In this document: in pieces, positions 22,317-33,794 of the stretch
Layout: every line of letters begins with the position of its first letter
Numbering within the stretch: position 1 is the first letter of the stretch
Assembly (NCBI GenBank): GCA_040954595.2
Contig: CM082582.2
Location: forward strand, 5,006,303-5,070,302
Origin: Balanoglossus misakiensis
Taxonomy: Eukaryota > Animalia > Hemichordata
Reading direction: 5' to 3'
DNA: 64,000 nt
Notes under the pieces: generated by a model
What the model was told of the DNA's origin: nothing
What the model saw: only the letters and a program-made list of their open reading frames with translations
Databases searched by the model: none
Made by a program: the position numbers and the translations under genes

Positions 22317-24930
22317 TCACCACTACCACTACCAGAACCGTCATCATTATAATAACAATCTACTACTATGAGAATGAAAAACGTTCCGTTTCATGAATTC
22401 ATTAGAATTGAATACTAGTATTCACCTCGATGCCTTGTCAGCTGTTGAGTATTTCTCATAAATATGCAGAAGTGTGCTGACGTTTGACTTGCGAAGTGTC
22501 GTCACCAGGTTCATGAACAAAGCTGGCTCCTTGATGTTCGGATAACGGCCATGTTTGATTTCCCAGATGTACTCTGTCATCAGCTTGTCAAACTATTCGG
22601 CGAAGATAAGAACACAACGTTTGTTTCCAACATACGAAGATGCAAAATGAGAGATGCTGCTCATTTACATAACAATCAAACCCTCAAACATTTATGTATG
22701 CTGTCTCGACACAAACCACTATAGCCAGCTTTTTTTGCTGATGTGCCCAGTTTTGACTAGATAGACGCTTTTAAACAAGCAAGTTTCCACTGCCAAACAC
22801 GATTCACACATTCTCAACAGTCACTATGTATTTTACCTTTGGGAAAGATATTTGCTCGGGGTCGACATCTGTCTGAGGTTTTACTTCAGCTGCGAGTTCC
22901 GCAGTTAGAGTACGTGAAGGCCAGTCTGGTTTTTCTGAAATCAAGAAACATTCACGTTATCAATGTTATCTATTATTTCCTCAGTTCATAAAAAATACGT
23001 ATGTGTTTAGTCAATAGTCGCAAACTTCCACAAATGCAATCAATCCGTCAATGGTTAGCCGATTACGGGACTATTGGAATTTGCTTGCAAATAATTCAGG
23101 ACTGTCTTAAACGTTTCCCCAAATTTGGCTCAAGGCAATTTTATGCTATTTTACTTAAATTTGCGAATAACAATTGGATTCAAATTGTGTCAAATTTGAA
23201 ATTTAAAACGTCCACCAATCTTTGCGTGGTAACCTCTAAGTAGTGGTTTGTATGCAAACTACACAGGAAACATTTTGCGTTGTTTTCAAAAAGACTACCC
23301 ACACTTATGCAGAGATTTGAAAGGGTTTGGAGGACTGTCATTTTATACTGAAGATCTTTCCGCGAGGGGCATACTACCTTTAAAGCGTCACCATATTAGA
23401 TTAATTACCTGCTAACGATGAAGAAGTGGGAACAGCGGTCACCAGTTTCAGAGTTTGTCTAAACACAGGCGAAACAAGACAGAATTACAGATAAATCTCT
23501 CAGGACTCCAAATATAAGAAAAGATAGCAAAGCATTATTTTTGTTACTTATAAAATATGGCTAAAAAGAACATGTGGCTATCATACTCTACCATGTTGTG
23601 TACAGCTAATGCGAAGGTCATCATGTTAGCGTAAATGCGTGAACAGTTTATTTCCACAGAGATGCAATATAGCAAATACAGTACACCCTCTATGTGCACA
23701 GATGTACCTGTATACCTTGCATTGATGGCGAGTGCCCTGTTGGCGAAAAGACCTGACAATGATCTGTTACCTGTTCAAATCAAATGAAGATTAATTTACC
23801 TCACAGTCGTGTTGGACGTCATGACAAGGCGGCTGTCCCGATCAATTTCGTGATCAAAGAGATAATACTCTTCTAACTCGACGTCTTTTATAGCCTTGTT
23901 GCTGTAAATGCCACTTTCCGATTCCAACAATGCCATGGTGATGACAGTTCTGCTGGCCGATGTAAATTTTTCTGGCTGAGAACACAGACAAGAGCAAAGT
24001 ATAATTTTATGTTGCGTGAGTGGAATACGTTTAAATGTACACAAATCAAATCATGCAAAACCGCTAGTTTTCCATCTGTGACAGTGAATAAAGCTGTCGT
24101 GAAATCAAATTGTTCCCGTAAAGGGCAACGATCGTCTTATGCGCATGTGCAATACCAGAGACTCTGGTTAAAAAAAAAACTGTATACAGTCAATGCCATA
24201 AGGCAGTGTGCCGATGTCCCAACAACAGCGCTGACCATAGTCGAACGCACAATCTGCACAACATTTGGATTTAACGTAATGTTTATACACGTGATATACG
24301 CACATGTGCATAAGACGATCACCGGCCTTTAAAGCGCGTAGCTCATCTCACGCGTATGCGCGTAACTTCCCAGCAAATTTTCCGTTCGATGCATTCAAAT
24401 AGTGGACTGCCTTCGCTTCCTTCCATATTTCATGCGCACCGTATAAGTAGATTCTGGTTTTGTCCCTCCTTTTCACCCAATTTGCTGTCTTTACATACCC
24501 GATCTCCGACACAGATTATGGTCACCGCCATCTTCTCTGTTGTTAGGACAGAGCACTGCCTTATGGGATTGACTGTTCACTAAACGTCTGTAACCAGCGG
24601 CTACAGCTGGAACATGCGTGTGAGACGAGCTACGCGCTTTAAAAACAACAAAAAGGACAACAACACAACGCGTACCATAGCTAGGCAACTTCTCCCAGGC
24701 AGAGTACAGTTCACCACAGAAGTGTATTTTGTGCACTGTTTCGGGTCTTTGGTTTTAGTCAGTGTGACTTGGAATAAGTCATCGTCGTTCAGTTTCGCTG
24801 TGTAATTCACCATACAATCGCCAGTAACGTCACCCTGAAATACACAGAAATGTATGGGCGAATTAATAGACACATGCTTGTATATATGTACATGTATATA
24901 TAAAATGTATACTGGCAATATCCTATATAT

Positions 24931-24997
<67 letters not shown>

Positions 24998-27900
24998 TTT
25001 TCTGTGGTGTAGTTAAAAAATATATCAATATAAAAATTTCTGTAAATTATGATATAATGAAATTATTTTCTGTACTGATTACTTGTTAGTTAATCACAAC
25101 AAAATCGATGTTTGTGAGTTCGTGGATGCGTTTTACATATTTCCTGTTTATATGTACAAACGAGCGAGTTCACAGACAAAAAACTGAGGAATGTCGACAG
25201 AAAAATTCACCAAAAAGTGATAAATATTAGCAGAGCATGGTTTCGATCCATGGACCTCTGGGTTATGGGCCCAGCACGCTTCCGCTGCGCCACTCTGCTA
25301 CGATACGGGCGATCAGGTAATGAGCGACTTCACCGACAAAAACTGAGGAATGTCGACAGAAAAATTCACAAAAAATGAGAAAATATTAGCAGAGCATGGT
25401 TTCGATCCATGGACCTCTGGGTTATGGGCCCAGCACGCTTCCGCTGCGCCACTCTGCTACGGCTGGGAGCAGCGGTACAGTTGAATTTCAGTGCACAGTA
25501 AAAGATATGATGCAATCGCAGATTTGTTGCGTTCTCATAATACCAGTATTGATTTAGCGCCTAATTATATCTCTGTCAGTATGAGAAAGCAATCGGATTT
25601 TTGGCAACACGTACTGATTTGCATACATACATACATACATACATACATACATACATACATACATACATACATACATACATACATACATACATACATACAT
25701 ACATACATACATACATAAATCAAAATACTTGCCTCAGATACTTTGTATTCGTAAATATTTGGTTTTGAGTCTGTTAATTGCTTTTCGTAGTTTTCCTGGT
25801 AATGAACTTGGAGGGCGCTGATAACACCTCTTTTGACGTTTGTCACCCACTTCGGCTCGTCTGGGGGCGACTTCAGACTGGTCACATGACCATTGAGGTC
25901 GCTGAACTCGACATGATGTTTCTCCAAAGCAGTTTTCATCTCGCTAAGACTTGTGGATAACGTGAAGTCTTCGTCCATCGGAGACTTTTCTTCGACTTCA
26001 ACATTTTTCATCTGCAGGAAAAGAATGATATACATGTACGTGCATATTTGTGTGTCCGTCCAGCGCAACTTGAAAACAATAAAGCCAGTGTTCGCATCAC
26101 ATATCCCTATGGTGAGTTAATGCATTCTGGACCTCAAAATATGTAAATGGTCAAAACTCAAAAACTCGCGACCTATTGGTCATATTGATTGAAAATTGAT
26201 TTTCATGTACTCAAGACAGAGTTATTTAGATCATGTGCCGGTGTCAGGAATTGTCTCTATTTTCATTAATTATTTGTCCTTTGCTTCATTTTGTTTTTAA
26301 AAAAAACCACCCGATGAAATCATTTTTGCCACTTTTAATTGTGATTTCGTCGCAAAATTGCAAGTTTGTTGTGGTGATGTGTTTTGTTTTATGAGAAATA
26401 TATTTTGCGTGATTGTATTTTCCCATATACATGTATTCAAGTTTCGCGTGTTTATGCGTGGAAACTTGCTATCCTCCCTATAAATAGTAAAATGTGTTCC
26501 ACAATCCCTGTCTCACCTCGAGTTGTCGCTTCTCATATGGTAGTATTGTCAAGATGACGTCACACTTTATCCGAAATCCAGACTTTTCCACAGAGGACGT
26601 CTGCGCATGCGGGCTTAGTTTGAGCCATGTCGTTGTCTCAGTTTCGCCTACGTAGTTGTAAGTGATGCGCTTGTTAGATTCTGGCGCTGAAAGAAAAAAT
26701 ACAGTGTTAGGTTTGGGTCGGTTGGGGTATAATCTTTGCATGCACACAGTGTCAGCCTGCCTGGAGGATCGGCCAGTCATTGATTTGGTGATGTTAACGG
26801 GACAAAGTCTCTCTCTCGCTGACCTTTTTGCCATTAATTATATTTGAGCCACTGTTTATGTTATTCTACATGTGAATACATGTACATTGTATGTGTTGAA
26901 TCAACGTTAGACCACACACAACTTCAATCGTGTTTGTAGGATATGTGAGTAAAAATCTCGCCAAAATGAATAAATGGTAAAGACTGATTATTCATTTACG
27001 CGAGTTTTTCACTCTCGTGTCTACAAGTGGGATGGAAGTTGTGTGTGGTTGAACATTGATTCACTATATATCCACATGTAGAATAACTTATATCAAACAT
27101 AATTAATGGAAAAGAGGCAGCGAGAGAGAGACTTTGTCCCTTTAATCTGCTTTCGCAATATGAAATGTTTACACCCACTTTGGTTCATATGGGCAGGTGA
27201 ACGAACCCGTATTGATAACATTGATTCCCTTTATAGCAGGTCAGTCTTTGTATGCAAATCACAAAGGCTGGTCGTACGACACCAAGAATCAATAGCAGTG
27301 CTGCCCGTTATTGTAAAATTTGACCACTGCAGGAAAAATAATAAAAATAAATGCATTGTTTTGGGAGGGTTCTGGATTGAATAAGAAAAATAAATTAATT
27401 AGACGCTGCACATATATTGAACAAATGATTAAATTAAATACCAAGCTTACATTTGCAACTCATTTATTGAATAACTGACAGTAGAAGGTTACATGGCATT
27501 GATTTAGGAAAGTATTATTCGCGAATGACCTTGTCATTAACTGAACTTATTTTATCTGAACTGAACTAGAGCTAGGTTACTTAGAACGGTGTCAATAAAG
27601 AATATGCAGATAAACTAGAACTTGTTCAGTCTTTTTGTATGGAAAAATCACATCATTCGGAAAATAAGTTTTGGTAGACTTGCCTATGGTGTTTATATTT
27701 GTTGACTAAAAAGGTTCATGTACTTTGATCTGATATCTCTGTGTAAATCAATCAAAGCTGTCTTTGCCTGTCAATCGATTACCCACTAGTCATGCGACCA
27801 GACAAGGCCATGGTCAAATTCAGCCCAAAATTTACTGTCTTTATAATAATCACATTCCAAGGCTATATACATGTAATATGTTTTATCAGAGTTTACCAGT

Positions 27901-28092
27901 TTTTAATGTTTCGACTATGGGTTTTTACAAGGAATGCTAAAAGAAGCTGGTAATGAACCTTTTAGTGGAATCATGTTATAATACCGTAGTCAGATACCAG
28001 TAACATTAATCCGGTTAGAAGACTAAATAATCGCACAACTTACCTGCTAAGACAAGCGCAGCGCACAAACACAGGATGAGAACTATTCGCAT
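14565..28092 (-). CDS. Secreted large lipid transfer protein (vitellogenin/apolipophorin/MTP family) with C-terminal TSP1-like and cysteine-rich modules, ~1166 aa, 23 exons
   Basis: Exons: 28092-28044 (signal peptide [16 protein letters not shown]), 26686-26517 (YNYVGETET), 26011-25733 ([17 protein letters not shown]), 24834-24676 (GDVTGDC), 23975-23800, 23458-23409, 22934-22837, 22592-22426, 22105-21940, 21592-21485, 21250-21023 (IKGLMNTG), 20467-20244 ([11 protein letters not shown]), 20101-19989, 19726-19614, 19401-19192 (GLRVEG), 18922-18609 (PTSLGLPL), 18267-18091, 17735-17645, 17325-17219, 16826-16750, 16350-16198, 15450-15289, 14674-14565. Phases join into an open 3501-nt frame. Confidence 0.88.
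15157..15269. mobile_element. 113-bp palindromic MITE with apparent 9-bp target-site duplication
   Basis: TIR AAAATCAGATGTAGGGAACGGCGACGTC / GACGTCGCCGTTCCCTACATCTGATTTT, flanked by direct AATCTGATT at 15148-15156 and 15270-15278. Confidence 0.75.
20510..20752. repeat. (GACA)n/(GA)n compound microsatellite
   Basis: Seen directly; intronic. Confidence 0.95.
22186..22316. repeat. (CAC)n(CAT)n trinucleotide microsatellite
   Basis: Seen directly; intronic; source of the poly-M/V and poly-P/S ORFs. Confidence 0.95.
25228..25299 (-). tRNA. tRNA-iMet: Initiator tRNA-Met (CAT)
   Basis: Reverse complement AGCAGAGTGGCGCAGCGGAAGCGTGCTGGGCCCATAACCCAGAGGTCCATGGATCGAAACCATGCTCTGCTA: A1-T72 pair, CAT anticodon, GATCGAAA T-loop; the eukaryotic initiator sequence. 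Confidence 0.97.
25387..25458 (-). tRNA. tRNA-iMet: Initiator tRNA-Met (CAT), second identical copy
   Basis: Identical 72-nt sequence 159 bp away; 3' flank also duplicated. Confidence 0.97.
25622..25717. repeat. (CATA)n microsatellite
   Basis: Seen directly. Confidence 0.95.
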
Positions 28093-28290
28093 TTTGAACC
28101 CAAGTTTTACCGCGCTCCCTCCGTTGACTCGCCTGGTTCTGGATTTGGAACTGGCCTGTGAAACTCGCGCTTTTTAGCTATTTTCTTCAGAAACGTCGCA
28201 TACAGTTGGAACGGAGAGGCAATGTTTCGTTCCACCGGCAAGTTTGAAACCGTTCCTGATCAGTAGAGTAATACAAGAATGGTCCCAGTG

Positions 28291-28607
28291 CCTGGTGATT
28301 GTTGAAACTGGCTAGCGTGTTGATTCGGCGACCTTATATCTGTTGGCTTGATCGATTGTTTACTTGATCACATGATTGATTTTTGGCACGCCGACCACTT
28401 CTTGAGCAATAAATAATGTGTACAAAGAAACGTCTGTGATAACTAAGTTCCGTTCGGGTCAGATCAGTTCATGAGTTACGTTCACAAACATGTTTGTAGC
28501 ATACATGTAGGCCTAAAGGCAAAATATAGATATGTTTGTTTTTGGCGCCGGCTTGATTTCTGTTTCCGAAGGGTAACAAGACAAACTTGAAATCGATTTT
28601 CAAAGAC

Positions 28608-28667
<60 letters not shown>

Positions 28668-29056
28668 TTTGTTGTCGTAATATTTTGTCTTTCTGCAAAG
28701 TTGGCAATCGTACCTACTGATTGGGTAAAGTCTTACGGGAATGGTCACGTGACCTGGTGATCAGTTGAGACTGGCAAACACTTGTTCGATTGTTTACATG
28801 AATACGCGGTTGGAACTAGGACGGTTTTTTTGGCACGCTGATCACTCTTTGAACAATCACCGGACAAAAGTAATTTGTTCAAAGACACGTCTGTGATAAC
28901 TAAGTTCCGTTGGGGTCAGTTCAGTTCACGAGTTACGTTCACAGAAATGTTTACAGCATAGATGTAAAGGCTGAATATATAGATTTGCTTGTTGTTGGTG
29001 CTGGCTTGAATTTTGTTTTCGAAGGGAAAAAACTTTCAGTCGACTTCCAAAGACTT
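28291..29056. repeat. Diverged ~310-bp direct duplication (about 28291-28609 and 28753-29056), with a (CAT)n tract between the copies, upstream of the lipid-transfer gene
   Basis: Shared blocks CCTGGTGA..ACTGGC, TCGATTGTTTAC, TTTTTGGCACGC, ACGTCTGTGATAACTAAGTTCCGTT.GGGTCAG.TCAGTTCA.GAGTTACGTTCACA, CAAAGACTT. Confidence 0.85.
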
Positions 29057-29807
29057 ATTTAAGGCCTATGGCCCTTTTGACCTCCTGTGTAGTTTTCCCA
29101 TGGTCCCACCAATATTATTCTGTGCACGAATTTCGTGCACTGTGCTGCTATCAGTATAGTGTGCCTAACGCGAACAAACTGTTGCAGAAGAACAGGCGCG
29201 CCTTCTTTATCAACCTTATCTACGAGCAAGTGGGGTCCACCGGTATCAAAATGCTATTAGCGCTTGCGCATTTCATGGGCATGGCTAAGTGACCACCCAA
29301 TTTTATTGTACTTGTTTATTGAACTTGCTCAATCATTCCGATCAATGTAGACGAATCTGTTTGTCTCTTGGCGGTTTAATGTGCGAAATGTCCCCATAAA
29401 TACCTCTTTAACTAATTTAGTTGGACTAACATTATAATAGTTTTCAATGTTTGCCTTGGCTGAACTTATATTACTCTCACACCAACCTGACGCGACCATT
29501 CCACTTCTCTTGAGACAAGTTTTGCTGAAACATATTTATTATTGTGTGATATTACGACATGCATAATGAAGCCCATGGACTTGGGAAAAGTCTACAGCCA
29601 GTGATTCAAAGTCATTTGCATTTACCACCTCGTGTACGATTAAAAGCTTACAACTATTTGGGTTAGTGCAGACTTTGGACATTTGAGAATCTTTATTTAT
29701 TTATTTAACGCATTCTCTTGGTGACTTTACTCATAAAAAAACAATGTGACTGAGAGACAAAACCATACACTTCACATCAGGCTTGCATCTCTGCAAATAT
29801 TTCATCG

Positions 29808-31136
29808 TTAACTTTTCTGGGCCACACTTTTTTGTATCTCGCTCAACGCCTCCGATTCACCCTGGAAGTCGTTGTGTTTGATCGACTTAAGAAAGTTCAA
29901 GTAGTCCTCGGGTAGTCCACTTTGAGTCGCTCCTTCAAGAACGACGGCAAGATAGTGAGGAGAAGGGTCCGGGTGCTCTATGACGTCAACCATTTGGTAG
30001 GTCCGACACTCAAAGATTTCATTCTCTTGACTGGACACATGCACTGTTAGGGGGCGATAGTGATTGCTTTGAACGCCTTCTTGTCTGAAATACAAGATAA
30101 TAATGACAAAGTACTTGTACTTCGGACGGTTGTTAATAATGTTAGCGTTGTGAATAGTCAGATATGCTAACACCTTTGCTGTAGAAGAAACTATAGATTG
30201 TAATGTACAAATGGTCAATCATTTGCTTCTGTGACAATTTATATTCTTATGGTTAATAATACACCGGTCATGCTGAAGGCTATTTGTTTAGGAAAAACAT
30301 GTTGTTTGGTTTATGAAAAAAATAAAACGGTGAGAATGGTCTAATGAACGTCTAAATGTTGTTTTTTTTTTATTTCAAATGTTTGAAAACACAAATTTAA
30401 TTAAGGGAACTTCCTGAAAAAGGGTGTCACACAATCGAGTAGTTTAGGCTACCTATCAAGTGCTGGTATATGTTCTTCACCAATCTCCCATAAAGTTCCC
30501 CACACGCAGTCACCAGGCGATTCGAGGATGGTCGCAACGCCACCAGGTCCCCATCGGTATCCAGTCTGAGCCTGTCTTTCCTGCCATTCCTTAATAGCGC
30601 GATTCCGGGAAAATGTGAGCTTGTAATCCTGGAATCAGAACAGTAATAGAGGATTGATATATGCGTGGAGTTAAGAAAAATATCCAGACAACATTACACG
30701 TATTAATGATGTGGCTATGCGTACGCCATGCGCATACTAAAGACCTGTCGCTTGAAGTTCCGAACGTTCGGGTTTTCACGCCATCTTGCTCTGCCTGTAA
30801 CTAGAAGTGTGTTGACCCTTGTGCCTTCCAGGTCATCTTGTGTGTACGAAAGAGGGTAATTCAGAGACGTTGAGACCCCTAAAACGACAACGTCCCATAG
30901 CTCAGGCTATCCAGGTATATAACGACATGCAATCACTGAATCACATGATATATGTATGTGACGGTTTGGGAGCGGTATTAGCTAGAACGGTTACAGGTGC
31001 AACAATACGGGGGGGGGGGGTGACTTACCTGCAGTTTTGCTACGCAAATGTACTTGGCAGAGGGCGAGTTCAAGTGGATCCTCTCTTTCAGAAGGTTACT
31101 ACCGAAACCAAAATACTTAAAGGTTTTCGATGACAT
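29808..31136 (-). CDS. GGCT: Gamma-glutamylcyclotransferase, paralogue B
   Basis: Exons 31136-31029 (YFGFGSNLLKERIHLNSPSA), 30628-30453 (GGVATILESPGDCVWGTLW..LDR), 30084-29808 (QEG..YRP, CRTY, PSPHYL..GA..GLPEDY). Motifs match GGCT, including the catalytic Glu in LDxQEG. Confidence 0.92.
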
Positions 31137-31862
31137 CGCCGCGGTGATCGAACGCCCGGTTTCCCAAGTGATAAGACTGTTAGATTACTTATTAGCTTAG
31201 CCTATGCGCAGTCTAGTCGCGCTGCTGTACACGTGTGACCCGACCCACATCGGCAGGTCTGCTTCCCTGTCCTACAAATCAGTATTCATATCAATGAATA
31301 AAAATGTGGTAGTTCATTTCACAGCTTGTTTCGGATGGAATTCTTCATGATATAGGAAAACTGCTGGTGGTGGTGGTGGTGGTGTGTTGAGGCTTATCGC
31401 CACTCTTTTGTTGGAATTACGAGGGCCTATTAATATCAATCGACATAAATAAAAATAGGCCTATAACATAACTACATGGTGGCCAGGATAGCTTGTCAAC
31501 TAATTTTCCAACGTCAAAATGTCAACAGCAATCTCGGAAAGGCGTTTATTATGTAGACGATTTTAAAGGCAAGCATGGTAGTTCTGAGAGATTTACGCCA
31601 AAATTAGCAACATGACAAAATCAGCTCTTATAAAATTTAAAGATTTAGGCTAAATACAATCCAAATTGGAGTAGCACCGCTAAATTTTAAAGAAATATGA
31701 ATAGAACGCAACTTTTAAGATGAACACGTTAAATATAAATAAACGGATGTCGCAGCCGTTTATTCAGCTTCCCGTTGCAAGAATGCAACTTCTGCAACTA
31801 TTTTTGTCCTTTGTTTTTTTAATAATGTTAGTTATACGGGGCGAAATACCCGTACCCGAAGC

Positions 31863-32108
31863 TAGCACTTGTGTAAATATCAGCCATATTGAAATTCCCC
31901 TTTAAAACTTTCTCGCGACTCTTTCCACTCCAGCCTTCATTTTTCCGTCGCTAGGTCTTTATTCGACATGCTTTTCTTTATTTCGTAGCACTTGTGTAAA
32001 TATCAGCCATATTGAAATTCCCCTTTAAAACTTTCTCGCGACTCTTTCCACTCCAGCCTTCATTTTTCCGTCGCTAGGTCTTTATTCGACATGCTTTTCT
32101 TTATTTCG
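31863..32108. repeat. Perfect 123-bp tandem duplication covering the GGCT-A stop codon and 3' UTR
   Basis: 31863-31985 equals 31986-32108 (TAGCACTTGTG...CTTTATTTCG). Confidence 0.9.
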
Positions 32109-32380
32109 TTCACAATTTCCGCTTCACCCTGGAAGTTATTGTGTTTGATCGACTTCAGGACTTGCACATAATCCTCAGGTAAACCGCTTTGCGTAGCTCC
32201 TTCAACAACAGTGCCGATATAGTGAGGCGAGGGTGCCGGGTGTTCTATCACATCAACCATTTGGTAGGTTCGACATTCAAACATTTCATTTCCGTTGTGA
32301 CTTGACACGGTCAGTGTTAGTGGCCTGTAGCAGTTCATTTCAACGCCTTCTTGCCTGAAATAGTATAATTACAACATTAA

Positions 32381-32417
<37 letters not shown>

Positions 32418-33546
32418 AGCGAAATTAAAGTTGTTTTATTTATTTATTTATTTATTTATTTATTGGAGATGACATCCAACCAACTGCTATACAAAACAAA
32501 ACCACGGATTTAGGACTATGATACGATAGTATGATACTGACCACAACCCATTAGGACCTAAGGTAAAACAGTTGGTGAAACACCACCATCACCAGAAACT
32601 TCTTAATCGTCTATCTGTATTTTAACCCCAAACACATCATCGTGCTTCTTGTTGCCCGCCATCTTCAAATGATACAAATGTTTGTTGTAGAAACAGTTAC
32701 GTTTACATGGCCAAAAAACTATGTCCTATAGCGCATACTCAAAGAATGCTTTATATTACTTGAAATATAGTGTCACAAAAGAAGTCTTTCTTTTCTTCAA
32801 AATCATACTTACTTATCTAATGCTGGTAGATGGTGTTTGCCAATCTCCCATAAAGTTCCCCACACGCAGTCACCAGGCGATTCGAGGATGGTAGCAACGC
32901 CACCGGGTCCCCATCGGTATCTAGCCTGAGCTAGCTGAGCCTGCTTTTCCTGCCATTCCTTAATAACACGATTCCGGGAAAACGTGAGCTTGTAATCCTG
33001 TACATTATGTATATAAAATATGGGTAAAGGGAAAACTGTTGAGGATGCTACGGGTATATAGGCTAATTATTCGTCTTGGTGAGTCAGCATGACTGGCTGT
33101 TTTGCTTGTACATCATATGCTAGCATCAGGGAATACTAGTATATCTGTCAATGTAATTCCTTTTTTTCACGCATATGTCGGCAGTATGTACACTTTGCAC
33201 TCCAAAATAGCCCACAGTGTGCAATATACCTATACCACCATTTTGTATTTTTCTGGTAATGCGATCAGCCGTTTTCGACATATCGATGACAGAGAGAGGG
33301 AGAGAGAGAGGCAGATATAGACAGACGGAGAACCCAGCTCAGCGACTGCGTTACGAATAGAGTTTGACCGGAAGTCATGCAGATGGCAAAACACCGGTCC
33401 TGACTTACCTGCAGTTTTGCTACGCAAACGTATTTGGCGGACGGTGAATTCAAGTGAATTCTCTCTTTCAGAAGGTTACTACCGAAAGCAAAATACTTGA
33501 AAGTCATTGTAGATATTGCCTGGAGATTTCTCCGAATGTGGGTCAT
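32060..33546 (-). CDS. GGCT: Gamma-glutamylcyclotransferase, paralogue A
   Basis: Exons 33546 (or the downstream ATG at 33507)-33409 (YFAFGSNLLKERIH), 32997-32813, 32354-32060 (QEGVEMNCYRP..CRTYQ..PSPHY); same intron positions as paralogue B. Confidence 0.92.
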
Positions 33547-33794
33547 ACATACATACGTACGTTCGCAGGCCTGCAGTTTAAAAGGTCACGTTGACCGTCA
33601 GGCACAGCTGTGCTGGGTGAGGTCAAACAGAATAGAATCCCTACTGACCAAATGGAATAACCCAGTCGCTCTGGGATACGCAGGGAAGCCTTTTTCAAGA
33701 TGGCGGAGTAGGTCGGATTCAGCTCGCAATCGTAGCATGCAGGCTGCAACATAAGGACTGTGAACTCATTTAATACCGACGTCTCATTTTTAAA
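33547..33794. promoter_or_regulatory. Probable bidirectional promoter between GGCT-A and the EF-hand gene
   Basis: Start codons are head-to-head ~250 bp apart; CpG-rich; YY1-type CAAGATGGCGG at ~33697-33707; GGTCAcgtTGACC at 33584-33596. Confidence 0.55.

Noticed and set aside
22091-22371. Poly-Met/Val and poly-Pro/Ser ORFs
   Set aside because: Intronic trinucleotide repeat.
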